From Octopus vulgaris (taxonomy: Eukaryota), in the NCBI GenBank assembly GCA_951406725.2, contig OX597826.1, forward strand, positions 20,646,001 to 20,710,000: a stretch of DNA of 64,000 nucleotides, read 5' to 3'. The notes under the pieces were generated by a model that saw only the letters and a list, made by a program, of their open reading frames with translations, was not told the DNA's origin and made no database searches. How positions within the stretch are numbered: position 1 is the stretch's first letter; every line of letters starts with the position of its first letter. Below are positions 28,351-44,124 of the stretch, one piece after another. The position numbers and the translations under genes were made by a program.

Positions 28351-29072
28351 GGAAGTAGAAAAGAAGGAACATATCAAAGCATTTATCACCACCCTGAGTG
28401 TCTGTATTTAGTTGTTGTTTGTTTTCGGTTCCCTGTTTACCGTTGAGTGAGAGAGGAAGACTTAAAATGTGTTTAAGAATGTCTTTCCTATAGAAACGAC
28501 GGATTTCATCCGTTTTGTCAATAGGAACAAATAGGAAGCAATATTTAACAAATTCCCTTTCCTTCATAATATTTTCCCATCCCTCCTTCTACACACACAC
28601 ACACATTACCTCTGGTGGATTCATTCAATATCTCCTGGTGTTTCTTCTTTAAACAACGGGGGTTCAAATCACAAGTAGGTGTTGCATGCTGATATTGTTG
28701 TTGAGCCGCATGATAACTTAAATCCATTCCAGCCGTGACTATATTGTTGGTTTTCTTTGCGACACCCTGTTTACTCACCGCTACAAGACCGGAACATTCT
28801 GCTCTAGGGCTGTGGGATGGGATCTGAGGGAGATTTAGAACCAACGCTTACTTACATGTTTGCGTGTTGGCTCGGAGACCGGACTTTGATCGCTCTGTCA
28901 ACTGCAATGAATTTAACATTATCAGGAGTATACATAACTTTATTCCGAATTTTAATATAAGAAAATATACCTTCATTAACTTTTTCCTGCCCATATGACA
29001 TGTGTAAGATCCGAATGTATCTTTTTTTTTCTGAAGAGTTTTCCACTCAAATATTTTATTTCAGCCATATGG

Positions 29073-29130
<58 letters not shown>

Positions 29131-29629
29131 TGTGCGTGTATGTATGTATTATCGACGCACACACACACACACACACGTGTGTGTGTGTGTGTGTAAGTAC
29201 ATAATTACCTATCTTTGCATTGACTTCCATGTTCATTGACTTCTATGTAACAACAGTAAAACAGGTTTCATGTTATGAAACTCTACGTTACGAATGAGGT
29301 TTCCAAGAGTTATTGAAAACAATGAAACTAAATACCCCGACGTTTACTTGCAAATGCCATAAAGAAATCCATTCCGATGTTTGGTGAAAATATTGAGAGT
29401 ATCATGTCTTCTACTCTGATATCAAGACTCATGTTTTAATCGCTGTTTCAGTCTTGTAGCTCTAAAATGGACTCTAAAACTGCTTGAAATAATCAAAAAG
29501 ACCAATTAGAATATAACTCATTTTGTTTACAAGGGAAACACTAAACACATCGACCATGCTGTCTTGGACAGCGAACACCATGGTTCCAGCGCCATTCTTC
29601 CAGCCCAAGCTAACATTAGTTTCAAACTT

Positions 29630-29828
29630 TGATATAAGGGCAGCATTTTCGGTGGAGGAGTTAAGTCGATTATGTCGGCCTCAGTGCTTAGCTGACGTTT
29701 AGTTTATCGACCCCAAAAAGATGAAATGTAAAATCGACTTCGCGGAATTTGAACTCAGAACGTAAAGACGGACGAAATGCCGTTAAGCACTTTGCCCGAC
29801 ATGCTAACAATTCTGCCAGGTCTCTGCC
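29630..29828 (-). mobile_element. SINE family C
   Basis: Reverse complement of the family C sequence (GAATTTGAACTCAGAACGTAAAGACGGACGAAATGCCG). Confidence 0.82.
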
Positions 29829-30258
29829 ATAGAGGCCCAAGGTTAATATTAAGAAAAAGTAGTTAATTAGGAATGGTAACACTCGAACTCCTGACTGTTC
29901 GACCATCAAACAGATTTGACATCGGACTACGATTATATACTTTATCATATTTCATGTTTTGAATATGATAATACTATTCTTATTGTTGCTTTTTAAAAAT
30001 ATCTTTAAACATAACTTTATTACTAAAAGCTTCATAGTTAAAATCGTTTGTTAAATCTAGGTGCAGACTAAACGATAGGGATTTCGTAATCCTTGTATTA
30101 TTGTAAAACTTAAATCAATGGAATTGGCGTTATTTGCAGCACTGCTCGATAAAACAAATGACCAGTCAAATACCGAGGCCAACGGTATCGGTTAATCGTC
30201 TCCTCCCAGAAGAGCTGAACTTGTGCCTAAATCAGAAACCATCGTTTGTGGCAAGATT

Positions 30259-30630
30259 AAGGCGTCGAGCTGGCAGAATCAGTAGAGCGGCGGGATATAT
30301 GCTTTGAGACATTTATTCTGCCTTTACATTCTGAGGTCAAATTCTGCTGAGGTCATCTTTGTCTTTCATTCGTTCGGGGTCGATAAGATAAAGTACTAGT
30401 CAAGTACTGGGACCTTTTGTTTCCAAAATGGCTGGCTTTGTGTCTAACTTAGAAACCAATATTTGTAGCAAATTCTTTGTGGCAGTGTAGTGAAGTAGAA
30501 AGCTGCGAATTGGGAGAAGCGAAAAGGGTCGGACAAAATAATTGGCAGCGTTCGTTCTGGCTCTTTATGTTCTGAGTTCAAATCTCACTGAGATCAATTT
30601 TGCCTTTTATCCGTCCGAGTTTGATATAAC
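30259..30630 (+). mobile_element. Two tandem diverged SINE family C copies
   Basis: AAGGCGTCGAGCTGGCAGAATC... at 30260, with a second copy (TTCTGAGTTCAAATC...TTTTGCCTTTTATCC) at about 30500-30630. Confidence 0.75.
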
Positions 30631-30903
30631 AAGGAATCTGGACAGGGCAATGGAGTGAAGAGACTTTAGTGTTGCAGTATTTGATCGGAACAATGCGAGG
30701 GCGGATGGAATGAGCTTGTGAGGATCTTGCCGACAAGGGGGTCTTTTGTAAATTAGACTCTAAGGAAGCAAATGAGAGGCCATCATTCTATTATCTCCCA
30801 TGGAAATTTAATATCCCCCCTCCTTGTGTTTGTCGGGGAAAATCACCAGAGGTTGTTTGTAGATCTCATGATTAGGGCAGAGAGTAAAATGAAATATAAA
30901 CAC

Positions 30904-30979
<76 letters not shown>

Positions 30980-30996
30980 GTCTATCTATCTATCTG

Positions 30997-31103
<107 letters not shown>

Positions 31104-31944
31104 ATCTCTCTAATATGCATGCATGCGAAAGAACTTCTAACGCAAAATAAGACGTATTCAATCTTGAACAACAGCAACAGCCAAATGTTAGTAACAAAAT
31201 ATTCAAAAATGAAACATAAAACACAGGAAATACTATGGCAGTGATGAGGACTGGGTTTCATGTTTCGTTTATGTCTCGCTGCGAGTGAGAGGTGTCAGAT
31301 GTCTGGAGTAGAAACAAATATACAAGTGGTCAGGGAAATAAAACAAAACAGGGTCACGAAAAGGGGTCGCCCGACCTGGAACTCGAAACCGAAATCACAG
31401 ATATTGCATATTGTTTTGGGGAAATAAATATTTCTATGTTTAGCAATTTCATCAGAAACGTTATAAATGGTTGCTAAAATATGTCGATTTGTTTGAACCC
31501 GCAATGTTAGGCGTAATATTGTATTAACATATCATTTTTCATAATATCCATTGTATTGTCATAAGATTCATCATAATGTCCGTCATATCATTCGTCATAA
31601 GATTCCTCGTATAACACTCATCATGTCGTAACACTCATCATGTGACATATTTCGTAATACTCTTCAATGAAAAATCTCGTCCTATGTTCAAGGCAAGTTA
31701 AGCCGGACTCCCTCCCGCCATTAAGCTATACCCACGCACCTCAGTGGTGGTTTTACGCAGCCGCTAACCTTACGAAACTTTGATATTTGCAGCTAAATGG
31801 ACTGAGCCTGCGGAACTAAATTATCGGATTGAGAGAAATCAATGACCAGAACTAGCGGCAAGAGGCAGTGCCAGTCTCTTCAGATGATATTCTACTGGCA
31901 CACACGTGTCTGTTTGTCTCTCTGGGTGCATATATATATAATGT

Positions 31945-32110
31945 GTGTGTTTCAGCCATTAGACTGCAGCCATCTTGGGCCGCCGCCCTGACAGGTTTAG
32001 TTGAACAAATCGATCTCAGTATTTATTTTATAAGTCCAGTACTTATTCTATCGGTCTCTTTTTACTGAATCACCAGACACGGGCGTATAAACAAACCAAT
32101 ACCGGTTCTC
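31945..32110 (-). mobile_element. SINE family B tail
   Basis: TGTTTCAGCCATTAGACTGCAGCCAT...GTACTTATTCTATCGGTCTCTTTT is the reverse complement of the tail at 10737-10935. Confidence 0.75.
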
Positions 32111-32339
32111 AAAAGACAGTGACGTATAAACAAGACATACGCTCTAATGCACACGCACACTCGCGCACACACTCGCGCACACAGAGAAATTCAAAAAGAT
32201 CAATGTATTCCAGTAACTGTCAGTTTCAACAATCGATTGTTCAGACTAGAAGATCAGAACTGAGAGTCATTTCGATTTCCTGGAATAAATATTACTTTAC
32301 ACACAGCAGTTTGGTTGAGATGAGCGCACACAACTAAAA

Positions 32340-32397
<58 letters not shown>

Positions 32398-33409
32398 GCA
32401 CACACATACATGTCGTGCATATACGATTCTTTTTTTTTTATGTGTGTGTGTAGTAAATAAATTGACTCAACAGCAAGACAACAACATGGGACTGACGATG
32501 CTGTTAAGGTTTGTTTGGGGCAAATGACCTAAATTAGAGGCCGAAAATCAAATTATCTCCGTCGTTCGATACACTCTTCACTTTGGCTGGTGAAATCTGA
32601 TGGCGAAGGCGGGAGTTCACTGCAAACTACTCGCGCTCCGATACTTATTTTATTGTATAGACTCTACTAACAGAACACACAAACAGCGAGTTTGGAACAA
32701 CGACGGGGCAAACAAAGCCCCAACCGCCCGCCCCGCCGACCCCTGCCAATCAATGCCGTCACCGAGCAGAAAACAACAACAAACAAAAGTTCAAAAACCC
32801 AAGAGATCCTCTCCTGTTGACCAGCGTAGACTTTATGTAAGGTCGGTCGGCGTTGTGTTTGTTTTGCGTGGTTTGTGTGATAGGTGGCGCCAACTGAAGT
32901 TTCGTCTCTTTCGGAAACTAATCAAAGATTGTTGTCTGGATTCATTGGTGGTGGTCCATAGACCAGAAGCGGCTGAGTTACGGTGTTACGATGTTTTGTT
33001 TTGTGTTGCGCTATGTTACCTTGCGTTACGCTATGTCACTTCGTGTTACGCTATGTTGCGCCTAACGTTTATGTTCGATTGTGTAAGCTTGTGATTCGAA
33101 ATTCGAATTGCGTAAACCGAAGCACGCTCACAAAGGCTCACGTCTGTCTGCGCGCGTGCGACTGTTTCGGTGTGTGTGTGCCGAGTATAAATATATTGTG
33201 TGTATGAGATTTTGCATGTGTGTGACACACATATAGATATATATGTACGTATGTGGATATATGTATGTATGTGTGTGTATATATATATATATATACACGC
33301 ACACATATATTTACATAAATACATTCACACACAGACATACACATATTCATACAAACATATGTTGTGTGTGCGTGTGTGTATATGTATCTATACAATATAC
33401 ATACGCATA

Positions 33410-33483
<74 letters not shown>

Positions 33484-33626
33484 TGTGGGTGTGTTCATGT
33501 GTGCGTGAGTGTGGGTGTGTGTGTGTGAGCAAACTGAATCTTCAAGACCCTATCAACCGTTTCCTTGTTAAAGTTAATAAGTTAAAAAGCACTGAGTAAT
33601 CCTCTTTTAATATTAAATTGGTTTCA

Positions 33627-33772
33627 AGGCGGCGAGCTGCAAGAATTTGTAGCTTGCCGGATAAAATGCTTAGCGGCATTTCGTCCATCTTTATATTCTG
33701 AGTTCAAATTCAGTCGAGGCCGACTTTGCCTGTCATCCTTTCGCGGTTGATGAATTAAATATCAGTTGAACA
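33627..33772 (+). mobile_element. SINE family C
   Basis: AAGGCGGCGAGCTG...TTCTGAGTTCAAATTC...GACTTTGCCTGTCATCCTTTCG. Confidence 0.83.
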
Positions 33773-33832
33773 CTCATTTCGGCCTAATATATAAGTTGGC
33801 ATAAAAACAAACGTGAATGTATGTGTGTGTAG

Positions 33833-33863
<31 letters not shown>

Positions 33864-34115
33864 TGTATGTATGTATGTATGTATGTATGTATGTATGTAT
33901 GTATGTATGCATGTATGTATGTATGTAACCACACACGTGCTGTTCGTGGTATTTTTCCTTCTCTGGACTTTTCTGTTTTCCCTTCAGACGAGAAGCAATG
34001 CTCGAAACGTCAAAAATCCTCTCTTTTTTCCACCTTTACATTCCATGTGCACGTCCTCTTGTTGTTTTGTTAATGTTGTTTTTATTGTTCGATTATTCTA
34101 TTTGACATATATATA

Positions 34116-34179
<64 letters not shown>

Positions 34180-34894
34180 TATATATCTTTGTTTGTGTAT
34201 GTATATATATATATATAATGTAATATATAGTATATATATATATGTGTTATGTGTATGTGATGCCATCTCATCTATTTCTAGACAAATCAACATTCCATCT
34301 GTCGATCATTCAGATAATTAGTAGAATTCCTTAAACGCAGTAAAAGTGTCCCTTGGTCGTGGGGGCCGAATGTGCACGCCCCTGGCGTCACAGTGGGGTT
34401 GTTGTTGGTTGGTCGAGTGAGTGATTTTGTTTTATTCGATGGTGATGGTGAGAATTGAACCAGAGTTGGCAGTCATCTGAGTGGCGTGGATAACAGCCAG
34501 ACATAGTGGTAGGAGGGCGCTAATTGATTTAAGCTAATTCTACAACCGCAGCTTATATGGTAGCTCCCCACACACACACACGCAGACAAACAGACAGACA
34601 GACACACACACACATCTTGTTTGCTTGTGGCTTGATGTCTTTAAATTTAAAGCTGATAGATTCGTTATCTCTCTTCCGTCCCTCCCTATCTGTTTCTTTC
34701 TCTCTCTCTCTCTCTCTCTTACTGTCTTTCTCTTCCTCTCTCTCATACACACGCACACATACACGAATATACAACATTTGTGTACATGCCGCACTCACAT
34801 ATACACATTCGCATTCAGTCACCAAACCAGAGCTTCACACACACATATTACACATACATATCTAAACACAGAGTTCGTACACAGATATATATAT

Positions 34895-34946
<52 letters not shown>

Positions 34947-34947
34947 T

Positions 34948-35020
<73 letters not shown>

Positions 35021-36206
35021 ACACACACACAAGCATAGACACACACATATAAACACAAGCACATACACATACACACATACATTCGAACATGCAAACACAT
35101 ATTCCCACACTAACACGGCACACACGCATACACACACGCGTTCACCCACTCACTCACAAACGCACAATCATGTGTACACGTGCATACATAAATATATATA
35201 TACAATCATATATAATCTTATATATTCGCACAAAAATGCGCACACAAGCGCCGGCACATACTCACATACATTCACTCATTTACACACGCATACACGATCC
35301 TATACAATATACCCACAAAAATGCACACACATGCCTAGATTCACCCATGGGCACTTATATATCTATGTATCCACACACACGTATATGTACATACATGCAT
35401 CCATTCCTGTACGCCTTCATACTTGCACGTCCAGTTCACATGGACCGTGACTACAATACGCAACCATTGACCGACACAGCTTCATAAATGACCTCCTCCC
35501 ACTCGCCGTTAATAATCACTATTGACTGACCATATTGAGATACACCGCCACCTTTCATCACTTCATTACACCGGACATCACATCTCTAGGTTTCATAGGT
35601 TGGTTTTCATTTTTTTTTACCTTTTTATTTCTCTTCAATAAAGAAAAGTTCGTTCTTTAAATAATAAAAAAAACCCAAGGTTTTTTCTCTTTGGAAAGAA
35701 AAATAAATCAAAAACATAAAAAAGGAAGTAGAAAAGATATGATGGAGTTTAGAAAAGTCTTACATACTCTTATTCTCCCGCTGATTGAACTAATCAAACA
35801 CTATCACTTACTCAAAGTAACTGCTCAAATATTTAGTCACGTATCGAAGTGAACCAACAGTTAGAGATAAATATTTGGCACTTAATAATCAACCGAGAGA
35901 AACTACAAGTTCTGAAGCAATTTTTTCCCCATCAGTTTTATTTTTATTTTTATTTTTTCCATATCGCTGACTTTGGATCAAATATACAGTTTGTCTATTT
36001 GTTTGCTTTTAGTTTTTGATGAATTTCTTTTTTCCTTCTATTTTTTATCCTATCATCTCAATAATAATTGCATTTGCTTGAAGTTTCATGAGAATGATTT
36101 GTAAATATTCCTTTTGTGGCAAACCAACATTTCAATAAGAGCACAACTTGCCTCCAATTATATTGTATTAGAAATCTGCAATAGAATCTTCAGCGTGCTT
36201 CTTCTT

Positions 36207-36265
<59 letters not shown>

Positions 36266-37720
36266 CTTAATGCTGTTCAGTGAAGAGAACAACAATTGGT
36301 TTCTTATGAAAGAACCAGACGTTATTTTGTTGGTATTTAGTGAGATGTCAAAGATTTGTAAATATTAACACATTGCCTCAAAGCTTCGACACTTCCGACA
36401 GACACAACTGATATTTATTATCAAATCGAGGTGGTCTGCACGAGACTTGTTTTCTTCTTTCTTTTCTTTTTTATCGCGCTTTTTCAGAAGATATTTAGTT
36501 TTATTTTATATTCAGATATTTTATATCTAAATATATTTGTATTTTATATATTCTATATCTAAATATCTTTATATATATTTTATATATTTTATCTCGAGAT
36601 ATTGAAATATTTTTACAGGAATTGAACTGAGAGAACTCAGTGTCGGTTTCTTATTTTCTTTTCTATCTTCGGAAATTCTTTCAGACTTTTTATGTAGAAT
36701 TTTGGTAACAAACAATAGCACCAATAATGGTAGGTACTAACCAATGATTATAGGTGTTAATTTAGATTTTGCTACAATATCTGCGGATCCACTATGGGCT
36801 AACCGGCGATAACCTCTGTCTTGAACATTTAATGTGATTTCCAAAGCGATTCAAAAATAATTTACAAAATAAACCAGTTTATTTCTTTTACTTTTCGTTG
36901 TCTTACGATATTTTCTTCTTTATTTTATCTACTTTTGGAGTATATTTTATCCGGAATTTTCATTGTACCTCTCTTCTCTATCAAATATATCGATATAGTG
37001 GCGTGTGGATTCGTATCGAAACAAATTCTTACAGGTGTAAATACTCTTTCAACAAAGTTTTCAAGCTAGTTTTATCCACCCGAAATTTATTATAACATCG
37101 CAGTGACCCACGGGCATCGTTATCATCCGGTTCCTCTACGAGAGATACATAGAGTTTCTCTTCGCTCTTTTTTATTTCGATCTTATATTTTTCCTTCTAC
37201 GTAGTCTCAACTGGTGCAACAGTCATTCATTAATGCCAAGCTATTAGTCTATCATCCGATATTGATATCACCAATTTAGTGACTCACCATGTATTTCATA
37301 ATTACAAATTTGATATGTGAATGCTGCGACTCACTGCAAACTCATCTGAGATAAGTCTGTCAAATAACGAGATCTGTGTTCACATATCATCATGTCTCTA
37401 CAAATGTTCTCTTTGCAAGGCAGAGTATTGGAATGGCCTCCGACATCACGCTTTCATTATACTGTTTTTCTATATTTGTTTAGTTTTATAGACACAAAAA
37501 ATTATTCTTTATGAAAACTATCAAATATTTCCTTCCTTGCTGTTTCCTTTTTGCGTTTGGTTCGATTTTCTAAAAATTAACTTTTTTCAACACAATTTTT
37601 AATTATTCAAACTCAGAGTAAAGAAATTTCGACTTTTTACTGAATAAATATATTTTGACACTCGACTTGGACTCAGTACAAAGTTCTCCCTTTCAAAAGA
37701 GAATACCCACTTCTTTTTTG

Positions 37721-38141
37721 TCTGAACTGGAACTATTATATTTTAGTTTTTGCACACACACACACACACAGAGTAAAATATTTGAGTTGCTTGAATACGT
37801 CTATAAGGTACATATATTGATATTTAGCAGAAGCAACAGAGTGACTCATGGGTCGAGAGTTTCGTGCGTAAAGTGCAAAGGCTTCCAAACTCTCCGCCCT
37901 TGAGTCTCTCTGTTGCTTCAACTATCAATAAAAGTATTCACGTATATTTTGAGTCCTATTTTCCCTGTTTGAATCACCATACCTTTATGTATATATGTAT
38001 ATATAAATATGCATGAATGAATGTACATATATATACATATATATATAAATATTTTCTCTGGACTGGAACTATTATATTTTAGTTTTTGCACACACACACA
38101 CAGAGTAAAATATTTGAGTTGCTTGAATACGTCTATAGGTA
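37721..38141 (+). repeat. About 85-bp local direct duplication (37721-37810 / 38056-38141)
   Basis: CTGGAACTATTATATTTTAGTTTTTG(CA)nGAGTAAAATATTTGAGTTGCTTGAATACGTCTATA occurs twice, with different (CA)n lengths. Confidence 0.9.
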
Positions 38142-38244
38142 TTGTGTGTATATGTGTGTGTGTCTATCTATCTATCTATATATATATACGTCTGTATACA
38201 TTTCAATAAATATCTGCATAGGAACACGCTCATATTATATCACT

Positions 38245-38390
38245 CCCAGTACACGACTGGTACTTAATTTATCGACCCCGAAAGAATGAAAGCCAGAGTC
38301 GACCGTATTTGAACTCAGAACGTAGAGACAGACGAAATACCGCTAAGCATCTCGCCCGGCGTGCTAACGTTTCTACCAGCTCGCCGCCTT
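38245..38390 (-). mobile_element. SINE family C
   Basis: Ends CCAGCTCGCCGCCTT, with reverse-complement match throughout. Confidence 0.83.
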
Positions 38391-38814
38391 ACACACACAT
38401 ATATTTTGCCACAGGTATATCTATCAATTAATGTGCGTAGATCGATATCTATATATATTCAAAATCATACGGAATGACATAGCTATGCATTTATTTACAT
38501 CAACTAATTGTACACATACACACATGTACAAAGACATGTATGCATACTGACATATATATATGATTATATGTTTATATATATGTGTGTGTGTGTGTGTAAA
38601 TAAATATATATATCTATATGCATATATATATACACACATATCTGTGTGTGTACCAATATATATTTATATGTGTGCATGCATGTAAATGTATATATACAAG
38701 TATATTGTAAATACATACAATTTACAATATATGTATGTATATATATACATGTATATATATATACATATTTATATATACATATACATACATACATACATAT
38801 ATACATACATATAT

Positions 38815-38881
<67 letters not shown>

Positions 38882-39309
38882 CGCACACACATTTATTATA
38901 TATATTTATAGACAAATATATTCGTGCTCAGATGTCCACGCATATATATAGAAATATGGATATATGTGTCAAACAATGTATATATATATATTATATGCTA
39001 TAGACTTCTCTGGCGTTGCTTCAGCATGGTCACACCCTTAGGGGTGAGACATATAGAAGAATAAGGTAATAAAAGAATATATAGATTTATTCATACATAT
39101 GTGCATCAATATATACATATAGACACGTGTGTGTGTGTGTGTGTGCATAGAAGTAACAGAATGACTGAAAGTCCAACAGTAATAAAAATATACGCATTTT
39201 GAGTTCTATCTTACCTCTTTGCAACAACATACCTATGTAAGCGTATATGTATATACATACATGCATACGTACATATGTACATATATATATATATACGCAT
39301 ACATATATA

Positions 39310-39374
<65 letters not shown>

Positions 39375-39513
39375 CATATATATATATGTATGTATATATA
39401 TATACATATATATATATTTATATATATACAAATAGGCAGAAATATATACATCACTAAAGTGACAATGGGCACTATATACATATACATATATACATGTATA
39501 TATATATATATAT

Positions 39514-39556
<43 letters not shown>

Positions 39557-39691
39557 CATGTATATGTATATATATATGTGTGTGAGTGTGTGTGTGTATA
39601 TATATATACACATATGTATATAGCCGTATATATGTATCCATATATACTCATACATACGTAAATGCTTGTGCATATATGTTTATAAATGTAG

Positions 39692-39727
<36 letters not shown>

Positions 39728-39815
39728 ATATATTTATATATGTATAGGTACATATATAAACATGCATACGTGTATATCTATATCTATATTTATCTATCTA
39801 TCTACCTATCTATCT

Positions 39816-39920
<105 letters not shown>

Positions 39921-40740
39921 CACAAATTGAGATAGGGGTTGTAAATGCAACCCTCCATGGGATAACATATATCCAATATACTGCCAGTGAAGTACCCAAC
40001 AAAGTTAATACATAAATGTTAAGAATTTCGATGCAATTATTTCATTTCCTCTACTCTATGGGCAAAGGTAAAGTGATTTACCACAAATTCATAATACACA
40101 ATAAGAAAATGGAGAAATACATGGAAATCAAATATCAATTACCAGATAATATTCAATCACATAGTTTATTAAACCACCACATAAGAGACTATAAGGTTAA
40201 GCATAATGATGTAGAACAAAACAGTGTACATAAAGGAGTGTACATAAAAGAGTAATGTTATACAATAAGTAGAATACGTATAAGAGAATGTGAATATAAG
40301 TACATATAAATATAGATAGATAGATACATAAATACATATATATTTATATATATATATACGCATGGATATCTATATATGTATGTGTATTCGGGCACACATA
40401 CGTCGCCATTCTATTGGTTTTTCATAATTTTGGGATTGTATACATAAATAGTTTAATGGCTCAACCTGAAAGATGTAAAGGGCATTGCTCCTACCGGAAA
40501 CCCTTTTCAGGTTCATCAAATGCATTTCAGGGTAAGGTGAATCCATACTCAAACTGGTGTCTGTCCCCCTTGATGCTTGTAACAAACCGGGGGTCACGCT
40601 GATTGCCACGGCATGTTGAGCATATGTTTATGTAGGGAAACGAATACAAAGATTTGCGCTCTCTTTCCTTTCCCCCCTCTCCCTGTCTCTTTCGCTGTAG
40701 ATGTGTCTGTCTGTGTGAATATATATATATATATACATAC

Positions 40741-40803
<63 letters not shown>

Positions 40804-40818
40804 TAAATATATATATAC

Positions 40819-40891
<73 letters not shown>

Positions 40892-40911
40892 CATATATAT
40901 ACACATACATA

Positions 40912-40951
<40 letters not shown>

Positions 40952-41136
40952 TGGTATTAGGAAGTATAAGGAAAATTAATATTTTCCTTATATATATATA
41001 CGCATGTGTATATAACATGTGCTGTGTGTTAATAAATGATCAGTTTGGTTGTGAACCGATGTGATGGATTCCGATTAAATAAAACAGTTATAATATATAA
41101 ACGTAAATAGATATTCACATGCAAGCACAAACATAC

Positions 41137-41259
<123 letters not shown>

Positions 41260-41962
41260 TATACTCTTAAACTATGAACCTACTTTCAAACGTAAATTTC
41301 TATATTAATATGCATACATACATACATACATACATACATACATACATACATACATACATACATACATACATACATAATTAATTCACTACAATTGATCACG
41401 ATATCTGGGACTATAAAACTCTGCAAGACCATCTTAAGATTTAAAGGAGGAATAAAACAAGGTGTCTTCCTACACAGCCTTGCTACGAAGTAGGTGGCAA
41501 GTGAAGATTTACTCTGAATTAAACACGGAAAGAGCAGACACACATACAAACGTCTAAATAAATGTATGTATATAAAAACGTGTGTGTGTGTGTTCACAAA
41601 AATGTGGTCTAGAATAGAGACGGCACATTTAAATGCAGTGAGGTACTGTGTGTAAGAGAAGGGTGTATATATAGGAAAAAACGAGGAAGTGATTGAGAAA
41701 GAGAGAGAGAGAGATAGAGAGAGAGAGAGGTAGTAGTAGTTAATAGGCAAAGAAAGATGAGAGGGAGTTGCTGAGCGTTGTCTTGGTATGTTTAGTGGAA
41801 GTTAGTCAGGGAAAAATAGTAATGATCAGGTATCAATAGTAATGGTGGCTAATTTCAGGTAGAACTGGCGACATAGCTGATTAGTATTGATAAGTAATCA
41901 ATCACCCATAGCATTGTTTAACTCAACTAATCTTTCAACCCCTCCTCTCTCTTTATCCCTCC

Positions 41963-41995
<33 letters not shown>

Positions 41996-42369
41996 GTTAC
42001 ACACACGTATTTGTCCACTTATCAATCTGGTGTCTATGTTTGATTTTCTCTTCCTCCCTCTCTGTCACAAGCACACACACACACACTTCCACACACACGC
42101 ACACACATGCAAATTTGTATGTTTTCGCAGGAATCTTAGACAAGTTTTTCTACTGACATCTAGTCCTGTGACATCACACACATTATGAAACCTCTGACTA
42201 TGAATGACAGTCAGTGTGTGTGTGTGTGTGTGTGGCTGAGTGTCCTGTTTTTAGAAACACGCGGTTCATATATTTGACTGGACATACATTGCATATACAC
42301 TGTACATGGTATGCATGGTGTGTATACAATGGGTATAAACCTAATATATACACCATATATGTATATATA

Positions 42370-42444
<75 letters not shown>

Positions 42445-42598
42445 ACAAATATATAATAGTGTACGTATTTATACACAAAAAAGGTGTCCTGTTAAAGGTG
42501 ACCTCTTTTTTTTTTTTTTATAAATTCGTATGTTGTCTATTGACTTTATTACACATGCTGGCCACCAGTAGAAAAATTTCTCTAAATTTTCTACTTTC

Positions 42599-42661
<63 letters not shown>

Positions 42662-43588
42662 ATGTATACATGTATGTATCCTGGATATGTGCTACCCAGC
42701 TATCTCTGTCACCCACCCCGTCGCTCATACACCGTGTACCCCCTGACACACCCAATGTCTATCAAACAATGTCTGTCTCTTTTGTATGAAAATGTGAATA
42801 AAATCTAAAAATAATGAAATCATTCGTGAACTCGTCATTTGTGTTGTTGATTAAATGAGGCGGTGTGTATATATTTAACTTGTCACAGTCGTTTCTTGAC
42901 GAGAAGGGATTTCGGGCGGAAAATAAACACAATACAAATATATAAAGAAAAACAATATATAAAAATAAATGATAAAACAAGGAAACTACAGGAGACAATT
43001 TATATATATATATATTTTTTTTTTTTATGCCTGGTCATTGAGAATGTCCAGCGGGGTCCAGTTATTTGTATGAAGCAGCGGCTTGAATAATTACTGGAAG
43101 TACAACAAAATAGTTTAGAGTCTTGCAAGGAAAAAACGTAAAAGAAGACGAATAAGATGAATGGAAAGGTTTGTGTTAAGCGAGAAAGAGAACTGAGGAG
43201 AAAGTGAAAATATGATTGTTCAATAAATGACATGAAAGTGACACAACTGCATTGGCGCCAAACACGGCGTGCACAAGTGGCGTGGAGCGAGGGTGACAAT
43301 CACCCACCGCCTGCGTGTGTGTGTGGAAGCGTATGATGGTGGTTGTCAATCTGAGAGATTTAGGCTGATCATGTCTGACGAATTGGAGTCAACCGCGTAC
43401 AGGTTCGCTTAGATTATAGAAATAACCACAGTCGCACCACCCCGCTCAGTCGCTACCCCACGGCAGTCGCCGTAAACTACAGCCACCGCCGCCGCTGCCC
43501 TCGCCACACCTCTCCTCGGACGTCCACTTCGTGGGTGTGAGTGTGTGTGTATATACACACGATTGTGTGCGGCTTCACAGGCATGCAC

Positions 43589-43634
<46 letters not shown>

Positions 43635-43928
43635 GTATGTATATATGTGTGTGTGTGTACGTATATGTATGTGTGTATACATCAAGCCCTTCCGGCCGTG
43701 TAATTGTGAGTGTTCTTATATTCCAGCCGCGGTCTACATTAAATCCCCACCCCCACCCCCCGCCCCATCCCCGCATGTGTGCGTGTGAGAGAGGCAGGGG
43801 GAGGGGGGAGGAGGGTCAACATTGTTTGCCTTGTGTTTCTACCTATCGCTTCTTAACCCGGGCTGTTTGTATTATAATTAATATTTTAATAGAATCTATT
43901 CTACTACTACTACTACTACTACTACTAC

Positions 43929-43995
<67 letters not shown>

Positions 43996-44080
43996 TTAGT
44001 AATAATAATAAGGGAATCATTATTACTAATGTTTAAAATACAATGTCGTAATATAAATACAGATGTATATATAATGCACA

Positions 44081-44124
<44 letters not shown>

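Noticed and set aside
32600-33094. 164-aa non-repetitive ORF in the intron
   Set aside because: No recognisable domain. The open frame is explained by locally higher GC content and a degenerate decamer repeat.
40461-40514. AACCTGA...TCAGGTT stem containing CTGAAAGA and GAAAC
   Set aside because: The spacing does not fit the hammerhead core, so it cannot be supported without a family consensus.
41822-41836. TGATCAGGTATCA, a Six/Sine oculis-like site
   Set aside because: A single short motif is expected by chance in 64 kb and is unsupported without conservation data.
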